Of a stretch of DNA of 64,000 nucleotides, positions 41,147 through 50,722 are shown piece after piece (within the stretch, counting starts at the first letter, position 1; each line of letters begins with the position of its first letter). Location of the stretch: NCBI GenBank assembly GCA_963715255.1, contig CAVQRN010000004.1, positions 11,614-75,613 of the forward strand. Direction: 5' to 3'. This stretch comes from an uncultured Actinomycetota bacterium. Lineage in GTDB: Bacteria > Actinomycetota > Acidimicrobiia > Spongiisociales > UBA5794. Under the pieces are notes generated by a model. The model saw only the letters and a list, made by a program, of their open reading frames with translations, was not told the origin of the DNA and did no database searches. Position numbers and translations under genes: made by a program.

Positions 41147-42478
41147 TCAGCCTTCTACGGCTGCGCGAACCTGCTCGGCTGCGTTCGCCATCGCGGTGGC
41201 CGCATCGATCTGGAGATTGCGCACGCCGAGGATCTGCTCACCGAGCGGACCCCAGACGCTGCCCATCTCTGGGATGTTGGGCATCGGGAATCCGTCCGCA
41301 CCGGACAACGCGAAGGTCTCGGCGATCGGGTTGTCGGCCGCAACGGACTCGAAGGTGGTCTTGAAGACCGGGTTGCGTGGGTCGGCCTCGTAGAGCGCCA
41401 GCATCGCATCATCGGTGGCGATGTAGTCGAGGAGGAACGCCTCGGCGATGCCGGTGTTCTCGCTGAACTGGTTGATGAACCAACCGCCGGCACCGAGGAA
41501 TGGACGCATCGGCTGTCCCTCGATGGTCGGGAGCTTCGCCACGCCGTAGGGAATCCCGAGCTCGTCGAAGCCCGCGAGCTGCCACGGACCGCTCAGGAAG
41601 AATGCCGCCTTGCCGTCCTGGAACTGCGTCTGGGCGTCGCCGCCGTTGACGTTCCCGACGTAGCCGTCCTTGACGAGCTGCTCGAGGACCGTCACGCCTG
41701 CGACCGCTCCTTCGTTATCGAGGCCAACGTCGGTGACGTCGTAGCCGGTTGCGGCGTCGAAGGCAAAGATGTCCGCGAGAGCCGAAACGAATGCGTAGTT
41801 GTGGTACGGATCTGCTCCGTCGCCGCCGCCGGGGATGGCCCAGCAATTCTCGATGTCGGAGAGCTGCGTCACAGACCGCGGTGAGCTCCTCGAGCGTCGT
41901 CGGTGGCTGGGACAGATCCGGTGTTGTAGTACAGGGCGACCGCTTCACTCTGATACGGCAGGGCATTAGAGCCTGGCCCGTTGTTAGTTGACACGATTGC
42001 AGGGCTTACCGGGAACCATTCATCGTCCAGCGTTGCCGCCGAGGTCGATCGGTGCCGAGATGCCGCTTGCGGGCCGTCTCGCCAGGTCCCGAGTCCGTGG
42101 GCGCCGATGAAGATGTTCCAGGGACCTTCGCCGGCCGGAGCGGCCGTCGTGGACCTGTTCGCGCAAGTCGTCGAAGACGATCACGTCGATGACGAGATTG
42201 ACATTGGTCTTCTTCCGACCTGGAGTTCCGAGCGTCTCGAGGATCGGGGCACGTTTTCTCGTCTGCCTGCGGATCGTCACGATTGGGATCGCCATCGGCT
42301 CTGCGGCGCCGGTCGTTGTGGTCTGCCGCAGTGGTCGTTGTGGTCGCTGCTTCAGTCGTTGTCGTTGTTGCCTCGGTGGATGTGGTCTCTCTTCGCCGCT
42401 GTCGCTGCTACCACATGAGGCGGCAACGAGAGCGAGAGCGAGGACGAGACCAACGAGGAAGATGAATCGGCTCCTCAT
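41147..42478 (-). pseudogene. maltose/maltodextrin-type solute-binding lipoprotein (MalE-like), at least six frame changes
   Basis: Recognisable pieces lie in three frames. They read: MRSRFIFLVGLVLALALVAASCGSS | TTSTEATTTTTEAATTTTTAA | GAAEPMAIPIVTI...NVNLVIDVIVFDDLREQV | APAGEGPWNIFIGAHGLG | LARRPASGISAPIDLGGNA | LDDEWFPV...ALPYQSEAVALYYNT | DLSQPPTTLEELTAVC | TQLSDIENCWAIPGGG...(241 aa intact to 41147). Confidence 0.7.
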
Positions 42479-42579
42479 GTCGGGAGTCCCTCCTATGGAT
42501 GAATCTCAGACCGCTGGATCGCGGCCATCAGGGAGTGTATGCCCCTCTCTCAGCAAGTCCCCACCAACTCGCAGAAGGT

Positions 42580-42625
42580 TTGCAGGGATTCTGCAAGAAG
42601 GGTCGGGACCGTCGTACGCCTGCAA
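42580..42625. promoter_or_regulatory. candidate LacI/MalR-type operator repeats in the malE / lacI divergent region
   Basis: TTGCAG-ggatt-CTGCAA (42580-42596) is a perfect 6-bp inverted repeat. A third CTGCAA lies at 42620-42625, just before the regulator ATG. Confidence 0.4.
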
Positions 42626-42628
42626 TCG

Positions 42629-43649
42629 ATGAGGCCCAAACTCGCCGAAGTAGCTCAACTTGCGGACGTCAGTGAGGCGACGGTCAGTCGCGTCCTGAAC
42701 GGTCGTCCCGAGGTAGCGGAGGCGAGTCGCCGTCGCGTGCTCGATGTGATGCGGGATCTTGGATATCGCGAGGTGCCGTCGTGCGATCGAATAGTCCCGG
42801 TGTCGTTGGCATCATCACCCCCGAACTCGAGAATCCGCTCTTCGCGGTCTTCGCCCAGTCGCTTCTGTCGAATCTTCGCAAGCAGGGGAATGCTCCCGGT
42901 TGTCTGTGCGGCAACGCCGGAGACGGTGAACGAGCAGGACTATCTGGAGCACTTCCTGACGTCTCGGGCCGCCGGTGCGGTCGTGGTCAACGGCCGGTAC
43001 GCCCAACCCGAGATCGGATACGGCCCATATGTCGCCTTCCGCGATCAGGGCCTACCGATCGTGCTCGTCAATGGGATCCACGCTGCGAGCCCACTTCCTG
43101 CGGTAGCCATAGACGTGGAAGCCGCCACCGCAGCAGCGGTCCGTCACCTCGTGACGCTCGGCCATCGGAAGATCGGTTTGCTCATCGGGCCGATGCGCTA
43201 CTCGCTGTCGCTGGACATGATCGAGGGTTGTCGCGTCGCTGCAGAGCGGCTCGCGGTTGCGTGTGACGACGACATGATCTCCGAGTCCCTGTTCACCTTC
43301 GAGGGCGGTCGGGCCGGTAGTGCACAACTGCTGGAAGATGGAATGACGGGGATCATCGCTGCGAAACGACCTGATGGCAAACGGCGCGATCGATGCGGTG
43401 CGTGCATGGGGCGGCAACGTACCGGACGACGTCTCCGTTGTCGGTTTTGATGGCACCCCCGCAATGGCCTACACGGCGCCAAGGCTCACCACGCTGCGTC
43501 AACCGATCGATCGCATGTCGGCCGCCGCGACCGCTCTGCTCGTGGACGTCATGGATGGGAACGGCGTGAGCCAGACTCAGGTGTTCGCGCCCGAGTTGGT
43601 CGTGGGTCGCTCAACGGGACCGGTGAAGGCAGCAGTCGGCAGCCGATAG
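42629..43649 (+). pseudogene. LacI-family transcriptional regulator, three frame changes (~42780, ~42889, ~43365)
   Basis: MRPKLAEVAQLADVSEATVSRVLNGRPEVAEASRRRVLDVMRDLGYREVPS | VRSNSPGVVGIITPELENPLFAVFAQSLLSNLRKQG | MLPVVCAATPET...LLEDGMTGIIAA | NDLMANGAIDAVRAWGGNVPDDVSVVGFDGTP...PELVVGRSTG. The third shift is in an A run. Confidence 0.8.
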
Positions 43650-43708
43650 TTGGTACTCGGTGCCGACGAGCGATGGTGGCCACCTCCTCGCGGGGTACGC
43701 TGATGCCA

Positions 43709-45050
43709 ATGAAGATCCTCTTGCTTCTGCCGAGCTTGCTCCGTTCGTTCGTACTGGGGGCTCGGGAACGCTGTTGCCGGACTGGCCCATGCGCTGTCCT
43801 CGGATCACGACGTCACTGTTGCCGTGCCCGGTTATCGAGACGCCAATGCGCCGGGACGCAAGGTGACCGGAAGAGCATGGAGACGGCATCAGGATCGTGA
43901 CATCGAAGTTCTGTTCTGGCTCGATGCGTCGTTCGACCGACCCGGCGTCTACGGACCCGATTCGTTCTCCTCCTATGGCGACAACTGGGAGAGGTTCGCC
44001 CGTTTCTCCCTTGCAGTTGCCGAGCTGTCTGAAGGATTCGATGTCGTGCACCTTCACGACGGGCATGTCGGCGCCGTTGCGCTCAAGACGTTGGTGCCGA
44101 CCGTCTTCACCATTCACAACGCCTCGTATCCGATGATCGGTCCGCTCGGACCTGCCGTGGCGACACTCGGTCTCGGACCGAAGGCGTCCGTGCTCGGCGG
44201 GGACCTGGAGTGGTTCGGCGAGGCGAACTTCACAAAGGCCGGTATCGTTGGGGCGACTCAGGCGACGACGGTGAGTTCCGGGCACGCTCGGGAACTCGCC
44301 GTTGATGAGACCTCCTTCGGCCTCGGTGGGATCATCCGAGGCCTGTTTCGACCGATCGTCGGTGTTCTGAATGGAATCGACACCGACGACTGGGACCCGA
44401 GTCGCGACCCCGTTCTCCCCAAGCCGTTCAGCGCTGCCGACCTCTCGGGCCGTTCGGCGTCGCGGAAGGCACTACTAACTCAATTCGGACTTGACGATGG
44501 ATTCTTGCTCGGCAACGTCGGCCGGATGTCGGGGCAGAAGGGGCTTGGACTCATCGACTACGACCTTGACGAACTCGTCGATGAGGGTGCCCGGTTCGTG
44601 TTCATGGGGAACGGTGACCTCGACCCGCTTGTGGATGGATGGGTTGATCGCCATCCCACGGCCGTGGTGCATGTGCCCTTTGACGAGCCGAGATCTCGGA
44701 TTGTCTTCGCCGGATCCGACGCCTACCTCATGCCGTCGCAGTACGAACCGTGCGGGCTCGGGCAGATCTATGCCATGCGCTACGGGACCCCATCGATCGC
44801 TCACTTCACCGGCGGCCTCGAGGACACGGTCTTCGATATCGACGAGGACCCTGCAAACGGCACCGGGTTCGTATTCCGCTCCTTCGACCACCCGTCGCTT
44901 ACGAAGACGATCCGGCGTGCAATGCACTACCGGGCCGGCATGCCGGACCTCTGGCGAACGATGCAGGTCAACGGGATGGCCCGGGACTGGTCATGGGACG
45001 CTCGTGCGGTCGAGTACGAAGCGATCTACGAATCGGTGGTCGTGCGATAG
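43709..45050 (+). CDS. glgA: glycogen (starch) synthase, GT5 type; N-terminus disrupted by two frame changes (~43720, ~43757)
   Basis: MKIL | LASAELAPFVRTGG | LGNAVAGLAHALSSDHDVTVAVPGYRD... then ORF 43824..45050 is intact (PSQYEPCGLGQIYAMRYGT). The second shift is in a run of five G where six would restore T-G-G-L-G. Confidence 0.8.
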
Positions 45051-45059
45051 GCACTGCCG

Positions 45060-46217
45060 TCATCGATCGGGCGGGTGTTTGCCGCTGTGGACGGCGCCGT
45101 GATGTCGTCGGCACAGGAGGATCAGATTGATGAGTGCGGTGACACCGCCGTCGGCCCAGTGAACGACGTGGTGTGCATCGCACCATGACGCCGGGGCGGT
45201 GCATCCGACCCACGTGCAGCCTCCGTCCCGAAGTTCGAGCGCCCTTCGGATCGCCGGGGTTACCGTCCGAACCCTCCTTCCGACGTCGAGGGGTTGGCTC
45301 TCGCCATCGACGACGATCCGGACGATGCCTGCATCGCACGTCAAGCGTCGGATCGCCTCCGGGTCGACAGCGGACCCGTCGATCTCTCCGAGACGCTGCT
45401 CGTCACGCGTCAGGGTCGCGTATGGGACGGTGACGGTGATGTGGGGACGCTCGCCACCGCTGATGGAGGCGTCGTCGTTGTGATCGAGCCAGAACCGGCA
45501 GACGTCGACGAGGGCGTCGGCGGTGCGCTGCGGCATCGAGCGGTGGTCGTCCCGGTCGAGGTTCGCCGGATCGGTCTGACTGCGCAACGCCGTTGAGATG
45601 ATGTGCCCTGATTCGGGGTCGAGGTCGCCGCTCGCGGCCCACATTCCCTCGTAGGTCTGGTTGAAGTAGAAGCGGCGGCGCAGGCGCGCCGATTCGGCGT
45701 CCTCGAGCGCAGCCGGGAAGTCAACTTGCTGTTCCCAGACGGACAACGCTTGTCGGAGGTCTCGTGCGTCGAGGTACGTCGCAATGTCGGCGAACACGGT
45801 CTCGTGTTCTGTGAACTCGTCGGGATGTTTGTCCCTTGCCAAGGCGAGGAGTTTGACCCCGTTCGGCGTGATGTTCCCTGAGACGGCTTGCTCGGTGATC
45901 TGGGGCATCAGGGTGAGGGATCGAGCCGCCTTGACGGTACCCGATGCCTCCGTCGCCGCCATGCGGCAGAAGTGCATGAGCCACGCCGTCGTCGAGAGTT
46001 CGTGTTCCGACCGCGGGATCTGCCGTCGGTCCAGTTCTGCGATGAGAACCAGCAGTTGGGCGCTGGACGCATCGATGAGGTGCTTCAGGCCGACGACGGA
46101 TTGTTCGAGTTCATCGTCGAACAGGCCATCGAGATGATCTTGTAGCTCTGAGGTGAGATCTTGGTTCGCCGTCTCACCGAAGACCTTCACCCCTCCATCG
46201 GGGATCGAGTTCTTCAT
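45060..46217 (-). CDS. DUF222 / HNH endonuclease-domain protein (13E12-repeat family type)
   Basis: 385-aa intact ORF. DUF222-like N-terminal region and an HNH end (GCTAPASWCDAHHVVHWADGG.TALINLILLCRRHH). It sits convergent to glgA with only 9 nt between the stops. Confidence 0.85.
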   Translation of the reverse strand: MKNSIPDGGVKVFGETANQDLTSELQDHLDGLFDDELEQSVVGLKHLIDASSAQLLVLIAELDRRQIPRSEHELSTTAWLMHFCRMAATEASGTVKAARSLTLMPQITEQAVSGNITPNGVKLLALARDKHPDEFTEHETVFADIATYLDARDLRQALSVWEQQVDFPAALEDAESARLRRRFYFNQTYEGMWAASGDLDPESGHIISTALRSQTDPANLDRDDHRSMPQRTADALVDVCRFWLDHNDDASISGGERPHITVTVPYATLTRDEQRLGEIDGSAVDPEAIRRLTCDAGIVRIVVDGESQPLDVGRRVRTVTPAIRRALELRDGGCTWVGCTAPASWCDAHHVVHWADGGVTALINLILLCRRHHGAVHSGKHPPDR

Positions 46218-46315
46218 GTTGCCAACGTATCAGGAGGGTGTGACAAGAAATGGTGAGCAGGGGGCCGCAAGAGCTTCCAGCTGCCAGCTCGAGGCCCCCT
46301 CTGGCCTGCCGGCCA

Positions 46316-46338
46316 TCTCCCCCACGCCGTGGGGGAGA
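46316..46338. repeat. perfect 10-bp-stem hairpin in the noncoding flank of the HNH gene
   Basis: tctcccccac-gcc-gtgggggaga, located 99 nt upstream of the HNH start in a 380-bp gap without a convincing ORF. Confidence 0.4.
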
Positions 46339-46596
46339 GTGTCGGAACGCCCCGCTCGCACCCTCACCCGGATCGTGACCATCAGCAACATTCCGAAACC
46401 CGGCCCCACCATGAGACCCCGCCAATGCACTCGACGACGAACCGCGGATCCAGGCTTCTTGGGCGCTGCGGACCTCGTCGGCGTCGAGAGACTTCATCTC
46501 GAGATCCTCGTTTTGCGACCGTCGGTCGAGTGTCGAGGAGTCGAAGACTTTGGCGAATGCCAGGGTACGTGGCTGCTCCGCCGCTCCTCCGCTCCG

Positions 46597-48135
46597 CTAT
46601 TCCGCTGCTTCGCTACCTAGTCTCCAGATCGCGGCGGATCTCGGGGGCATCGAGATACTGGTCTGATTGTCGCCGACCTTCAGTTCTCCGTCGCCCCAAA
46701 GGAGTTCGTCGGCTGGGCAGCAGGTGAGCGACAGGGTCTCCCGTTCGCGCCCTGCATTGACGACTACCAGGACGTGCTCGTCGCCGTCGGATCGTTCCAC
46801 GGCGTATGACATCGATCCGTCGCCATCGTCGGGTGGCCAGAGGATCCGGTAGTCGGCGCTGCGTAGCGCCGGATACCGGATCCGGAGCGCAATGAGGTCT
46901 TTCGTTGCTTTGAGGATTCGTTGGTTCCAGTGATCTTCATGGTCCCAGGGAAACGACCGACGGCAGTCGGGGTCGCGGCCGCCTTCGAGGCCGATCTCGG
47001 TGCCGTAGTAGATGCTCGGCGCACCGGGGAAGGTGAGGAGTAGTGCGAGGGAGAGCACGACCGAATCCTCGTCATCTGAGGCGATCGTGAGGATTCGGGC
47101 GGTGTCGTGGGAATCCAGGAGATTCAGATTGGCGAGTGTCGCCGGTTCGGGATACTGGTCGAGGAGGCCTTGGATGCGGTCCCGGTATCCGGCAGCGTCG
47201 GTCGCCGGGGCGACGTTGTAGTAGGGGTTGTCCATCATCGTCGACCGGTCGAGTCGATCACCAACCGTGAATGCGATCGTCGCCGTCGTGAAGGGGTAGT
47301 TCATCGTGCCGTCGAAGCGGTCTCCGTCGTTGATGAAGGCGCCGGCATCGCCCCAGATCTCGCCAACGATGTAGAGATCCGGGTTCACCGCGCGGGTGCG
47401 CTCCCGGAATTCCTCCCAGAATCCAGGCGTCTGAATCTCCTCGGGAACATCGAGGCGCCACCCGTCGATACCTCGCTTCGCCCAATACTCGCCGACCCGC
47501 ATCAAGTAGTCGCGAGCCTCGGGATTGTCGGTGTTGAACTTTGGGAGCGCTCGAATGCCCCACCAGGCCTCGTAATTCGCGGGTTCGTCCATGTCGTACG
47601 GGTTCAGCGGGAAACCGTTGATGTGGAACCACCCGACATACGGCGACTGTTCGCCGTTCTCCAACACGTCGTGGAACCGGAAGAAACCGCGGCTCGAATG
47701 ATTGAAGACGCCGTCGAGAACGACCCTGATCCCTCGCTCGTGGCAGCTAGCGAGCATTTCGTCGAAGTTCTCGCCGGTTCCGAGGATCGGATCGACGCGG
47801 TAGTAGTCGTGCGTGTGATAGCGATGGTTCGACGCCGATCGGAAGATCGGGTTGAAGTAGATCGCGTTGACGCCCAAATCCGTCAACCAGTCGAGGTGCT
47901 CGGCAACGCCGAGGAGGTCGCCGCCCTTGTACCCGTGATACGTCGGAGGAGCATCCCACGCCTCAAGATTGATGGGCTTGCGAACTCGATCCGACTTCGC
48001 GAACCGATCAGGGAAGATCTGATAGAAGACGGCATCTGCGACCCAGGAGGGCCGGTCGTGCAGATTCGTGGACGCGGTGCGGTTCTGGCGGCAGTGAGCG
48101 CATGTGTCTCGGTCGTGCCGGGGTTGTGTCCTCAA
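46597..48135 (-). CDS. GH13 alpha-amylase-family enzyme (neopullulanase / alpha-glucosidase-like)
   Basis: C-terminal 512 codons of ORF 46597..48606. GH13 regions DGVFNHS, GWRLDVPEE, EIWG, LLDSHD. Start proposed at TTG 48135, 8 nt after ggagga. The N-terminal part of the track ORF overlaps the upstream gene and looks non-coding. Confidence 0.85.
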   Translation of the reverse strand: MRTQPRHDRDTCAHCRQNRTASTNLHDRPSWVADAVFYQIFPDRFAKSDRVRKPINLEAWDAPPTYHGYKGGDLLGVAEHLDWLTDLGVNAIYFNPIFRSASNHRYHTHDYYRVDPILGTGENFDEMLASCHERGIRVVLDGVFNHSSRGFFRFHDVLENGEQSPYVGWFHINGFPLNPYDMDEPANYEAWWGIRALPKFNTDNPEARDYLMRVGEYWAKRGIDGWRLDVPEEIQTPGFWEEFRERTRAVNPDLYIVGEIWGDAGAFINDGDRFDGTMNYPFTTATIAFTVGDRLDRSTMMDNPYYNVAPATDAAGYRDRIQGLLDQYPEPATLANLNLLDSHDTARILTIASDDEDSVVLSLALLLTFPGAPSIYYGTEIGLEGGRDPDCRRSFPWDHEDHWNQRILKATKDLIALRIRYPALRSADYRILWPPDDGDGSMSYAVERSDGDEHVLVVVNAGRERETLSLTCCPADELLWGDGELKVGDNQTSISMPPRSAAIWRLGSEAAE

Positions 48136-48217
48136 GAGCCTGATCCTCCGGAGCGTTTGGGCAACCGCGCCATGATATGCGCAAACCGTACCGGGAGCGT
48201 CGCAGGAACCGGTTTGG

Positions 48218-49570
48218 TCACTGGATGTCGAGGGGAATCGGCAGGCCGGCAGCGAAGCCAGGAGTCTCGTAGTACGAGAAACGGCCGGTCTCGGGGTCCC
48301 AATCGGCGACCACCGGTACGTCGACCTTGCGATCGCTGGCGCACGGTTCGCCGCCGAGGTGCGCTGCGATGTCCTCACGGTACTCCTCGACGAAACCGCC
48401 GACGAGCGCCTGCTGGCCCGCACCGAGACCGCAGCGATTCCAATCCGTGATCTTCGCAACCCAGCCGCCGATCTCGTCCATCTGTTTCGCCGAACCCTTG
48501 CCGTCGGCGAGCGCGATGAAACGCCTGGCGAGCTCCGTCGCTCCGACCTTGCAGGGGAGGCACTGGCCACAGGAACCACGGGCGTTGAATGCGGCATATG
48601 CCCCAATCACCTGCACCGGGCAGATGGTGTCGTCGTAGAGGGTGAAGCCGGCCGATCCGAGACCCGTCTGGATGGATTGCATCCCTTCATATGACAGGGG
48701 GACGTCGAGGTGCTCTGCGCCGAACGGGCGGTTTGAGACACCGTTCGTGATCATCTTGATGGGTCGACCGGATCGGGTGCCGCCGCCGTGCACCTCGACG
48801 AGTTCGCGCAGAGGCGTTCCGAGAGGGAGTTCAACGACGGTGTTGATCGCGCTGTCACCGCCGAGGGCGAAGATCATCGATCCTGGTGATCTCTCCGTAC
48901 CGACCGATCGGAACCACTCGGCGCCGCGGGCGAGGATCTGCGGGAGGTTCGAAAGTGTCTCGGCGTTGGTGACAGACGTGGGATTCTGCGGCGACCCTTG
49001 GGATTCGAAGAGACCCCGTATGTACGGCGGGTAGAGGCGGGGCTTCGGGTCATGGCCCTCGATCACCTCGAGCATCGCCTTCTCCTCGCCGAACAAGTAG
49101 GCGTCCGGTCCGCGAACGATCGTGATCGGCACCTGGCCGATCATCCCGGCATCGACCATCTCGACTGCAGCCTGTTCGAGCCGCTCGATCGCCGCGAGGT
49201 GCTTGAACTTGATGCCGATGAAACCCTGCTCCGCTCCGACCGCGAGTCCTGCGATCGTGAGCCCTTCGAGGAGTTGGTACGGATTGTTCTGCAGAAGCCA
49301 GCGGTCCTTGAATGTTCCGGGTTCGCCTTCGGATACGTTGGCGACGACGAACTTGCGACCGAAGTCGGCTGCAGCCACCCCGGCCAACTTGATTGCTGCC
49401 GGGAAGCCTGCACCGCCTCGACCGCGAAGACCGGAGGCGAGGACCTCGTCGAGAGCGGTCTTCGGTCCCATTCGGTCAAGCGCCGCGAGGCCTTGCCCAC
49501 CACCCCGCGCGACGTACTCGTCGAGTGAGGTGAGCGGCGACTGCGGGAGGAGGCGGTCAATGATCGTCAT
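48218..49570 (-). CDS. NuoF-like FMN/NADH-binding iron-sulfur flavoprotein, stand-alone
   Basis: ORF 48218..49678, start set to MTIIDRLL (ATG 49570). NuoF-type motifs GLRGRGGAGFP, EGEPGTFKDR, LFGEEKAMLEVIEG. Cluster motif SCGQCLPC...RCGLG. Confidence 0.8.
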   Translation of the reverse strand: MTIIDRLLPQSPLTSLDEYVARGGGQGLAALDRMGPKTALDEVLASGLRGRGGAGFPAAIKLAGVAAADFGRKFVVANVSEGEPGTFKDRWLLQNNPYQLLEGLTIAGLAVGAEQGFIGIKFKHLAAIERLEQAAVEMVDAGMIGQVPITIVRGPDAYLFGEEKAMLEVIEGHDPKPRLYPPYIRGLFESQGSPQNPTSVTNAETLSNLPQILARGAEWFRSVGTERSPGSMIFALGGDSAINTVVELPLGTPLRELVEVHGGGTRSGRPIKMITNGVSNRPFGAEHLDVPLSYEGMQSIQTGLGSAGFTLYDDTICPVQVIGAYAAFNARGSCGQCLPCKVGATELARRFIALADGKGSAKQMDEIGGWVAKITDWNRCGLGAGQQALVGGFVEEYREDIAAHLGGEPCASDRKVDVPVVADWDPETGRFSYYETPGFAAGLPIPLDIQ

Positions 49571-49677
49571 GGGGCCGAGATTGTTGTTCGGGAGAGTCCT
49601 GCCATGGCCGCATGATACGCACCGGCGGCGACGCGTACCCGGCGAAGCAGGATCGGCGGGGATGCGTCTCCACAGCA

Positions 49678-49694
49678 ATGGACGCGGTGTCCAT
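49678..49694. promoter_or_regulatory. inverted repeat upstream of the ABC exporter operon (candidate operator for the downstream TetR)
   Basis: ATGGAC-gcggt-GTCCAT has perfect 6-bp arms. A further GTGTCCAC lies 20 nt downstream. It is 48 nt before the ATG at 49742. Confidence 0.3.
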
Positions 49695-49741
49695 CTGGGT
49701 GTGATAGTGTGTCCACTTCGTCGACGAGGTGAGAACGACCG

Positions 49742-50722
49742 ATGACCGCTCGACCATCCCGGGAAGATTCCGTGGGGACAGACAACGTTGCCGTCTCCGC
49801 TCGGAGTCTCGGCAAGTCATTTGGAGACACGGTTGCAGTTCATGACCTGAGCTTCGATGCACGGGCGGGCGAGGTCATGGGACTGCTGGGACCCAACGGT
49901 GCAGGGAAGACCACAACGATCAAGATGCTGACGACCCTGCTTCCGATCGATACGGGGTCGGCAACGATTGCCGGACTCGATGTCGCCGCGCGGCCGGACG
50001 CAGTGCGACGGGTGATCGGTCTGGCCGGTCAGTCGGCGGCCGTCGACGAGAAACTGACGGCGCGCGAGAACCTCGAGATGTTCGGCCGCCTCTACAAGAT
50101 CCCGGGGAGCGATCGGAAGAAGCGGATCGGCTTTCTGATCGAGCGCTTCGAACTTGGCGAATTCGCAGACAGGACCGTGGAGACGTACTCGGGTGGCCAG
50201 CGGCGGCGACTCGATGTTGTGGCGAGCCTCATCGCCTCGCCGCCCGTCCTCTTCCTCGACGAACCGACCACGGGTCTCGACCCCAGGAGCCGGACCGAAC
50301 TGTGGGACGAGATCGGTGACCTCGCGGCACAAGGAACCGCCGTTGTTCTGACCACGCAATACCTCGAGGAAGCAGACCGTCTCTCCGACCGCATCGTCAT
50401 CATCGACGAAGGCGTCATGAAGGCCTCCGGCACGAGCGCCGAGCTCAAACAGGATCTCCAACGGGACGTATTCGAAGTCCACGTCGCGTCGCTGGAAGAC
50501 GTGACGCGGGCAGCCGAAACTGCCGAACGGATCGCTCCCGGCGTTTCGATCACTTCCGGGGGGACCCAGCTTCAGATTCCACTCACCGACGGGTCTCGCC
50601 AGAGCCTCGTCATTCTTCGGGAGTTCGACGCCGCAGACATTGTGATTGCTGACTTTCAGCTCAGACGGCCGACGCTCGACGACGTGTTCCTGACCCTCAC
50701 CGCGACCGGAGGCAACCGATGA
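49742..50722 (+). CDS. ABC transporter ATP-binding protein (DrrA-like)
   Basis: 326-aa ORF. Walker A GPNGAGKTT, signature YSGGQRRR, Walker B VLFLDEPT. Confidence 0.9.
   Translation: MTARPSREDSVGTDNVAVSARSLGKSFGDTVAVHDLSFDARAGEVMGLLGPNGAGKTTTIKMLTTLLPIDTGSATIAGLDVAARPDAVRRVIGLAGQSAAVDEKLTARENLEMFGRLYKIPGSDRKKRIGFLIERFELGEFADRTVETYSGGQRRRLDVVASLIASPPVLFLDEPTTGLDPRSRTELWDEIGDLAAQGTAVVLTTQYLEEADRLSDRIVIIDEGVMKASGTSAELKQDLQRDVFEVHVASLEDVTRAAETAERIAPGVSITSGGTQLQIPLTDGSRQSLVILREFDAADIVIADFQLRRPTLDDVFLTLTATGGNR

Noticed and set aside
42230-42300. Possible additional compensating frameshifts in malE-like. An alternative frame gives ADEK and SEED, which would fit the usual VWADE...FEE pattern of MalE-type proteins.
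   Set aside because: This would require four indels within about 70 nt. The assembled frame (TIRRQTRKRAPILETLGTPGRKKTNVNLV) is also open, and I cannot decide by eye. Not counted among the frame changes.
46339-46596. The sequence after the GH13 TAG stop stays open in the same frame: RSGGAAEQPRTLAFAKVFDSSTLDRRSQNEDLEMKSLDADEVRSAQEAWIRG... The stretch MKSLDADEVRS..W.R vaguely resembles a Phd/YefM antitoxin N-terminus, suggesting stop-codon readthrough or a TA fragment.
   Set aside because: There is no start with an RBS, and codon bias decays after about 40 codons into Gly/Ser/Arg filler. The ORF runs into the HNH promoter region. The resemblance is too short to support without a database search.
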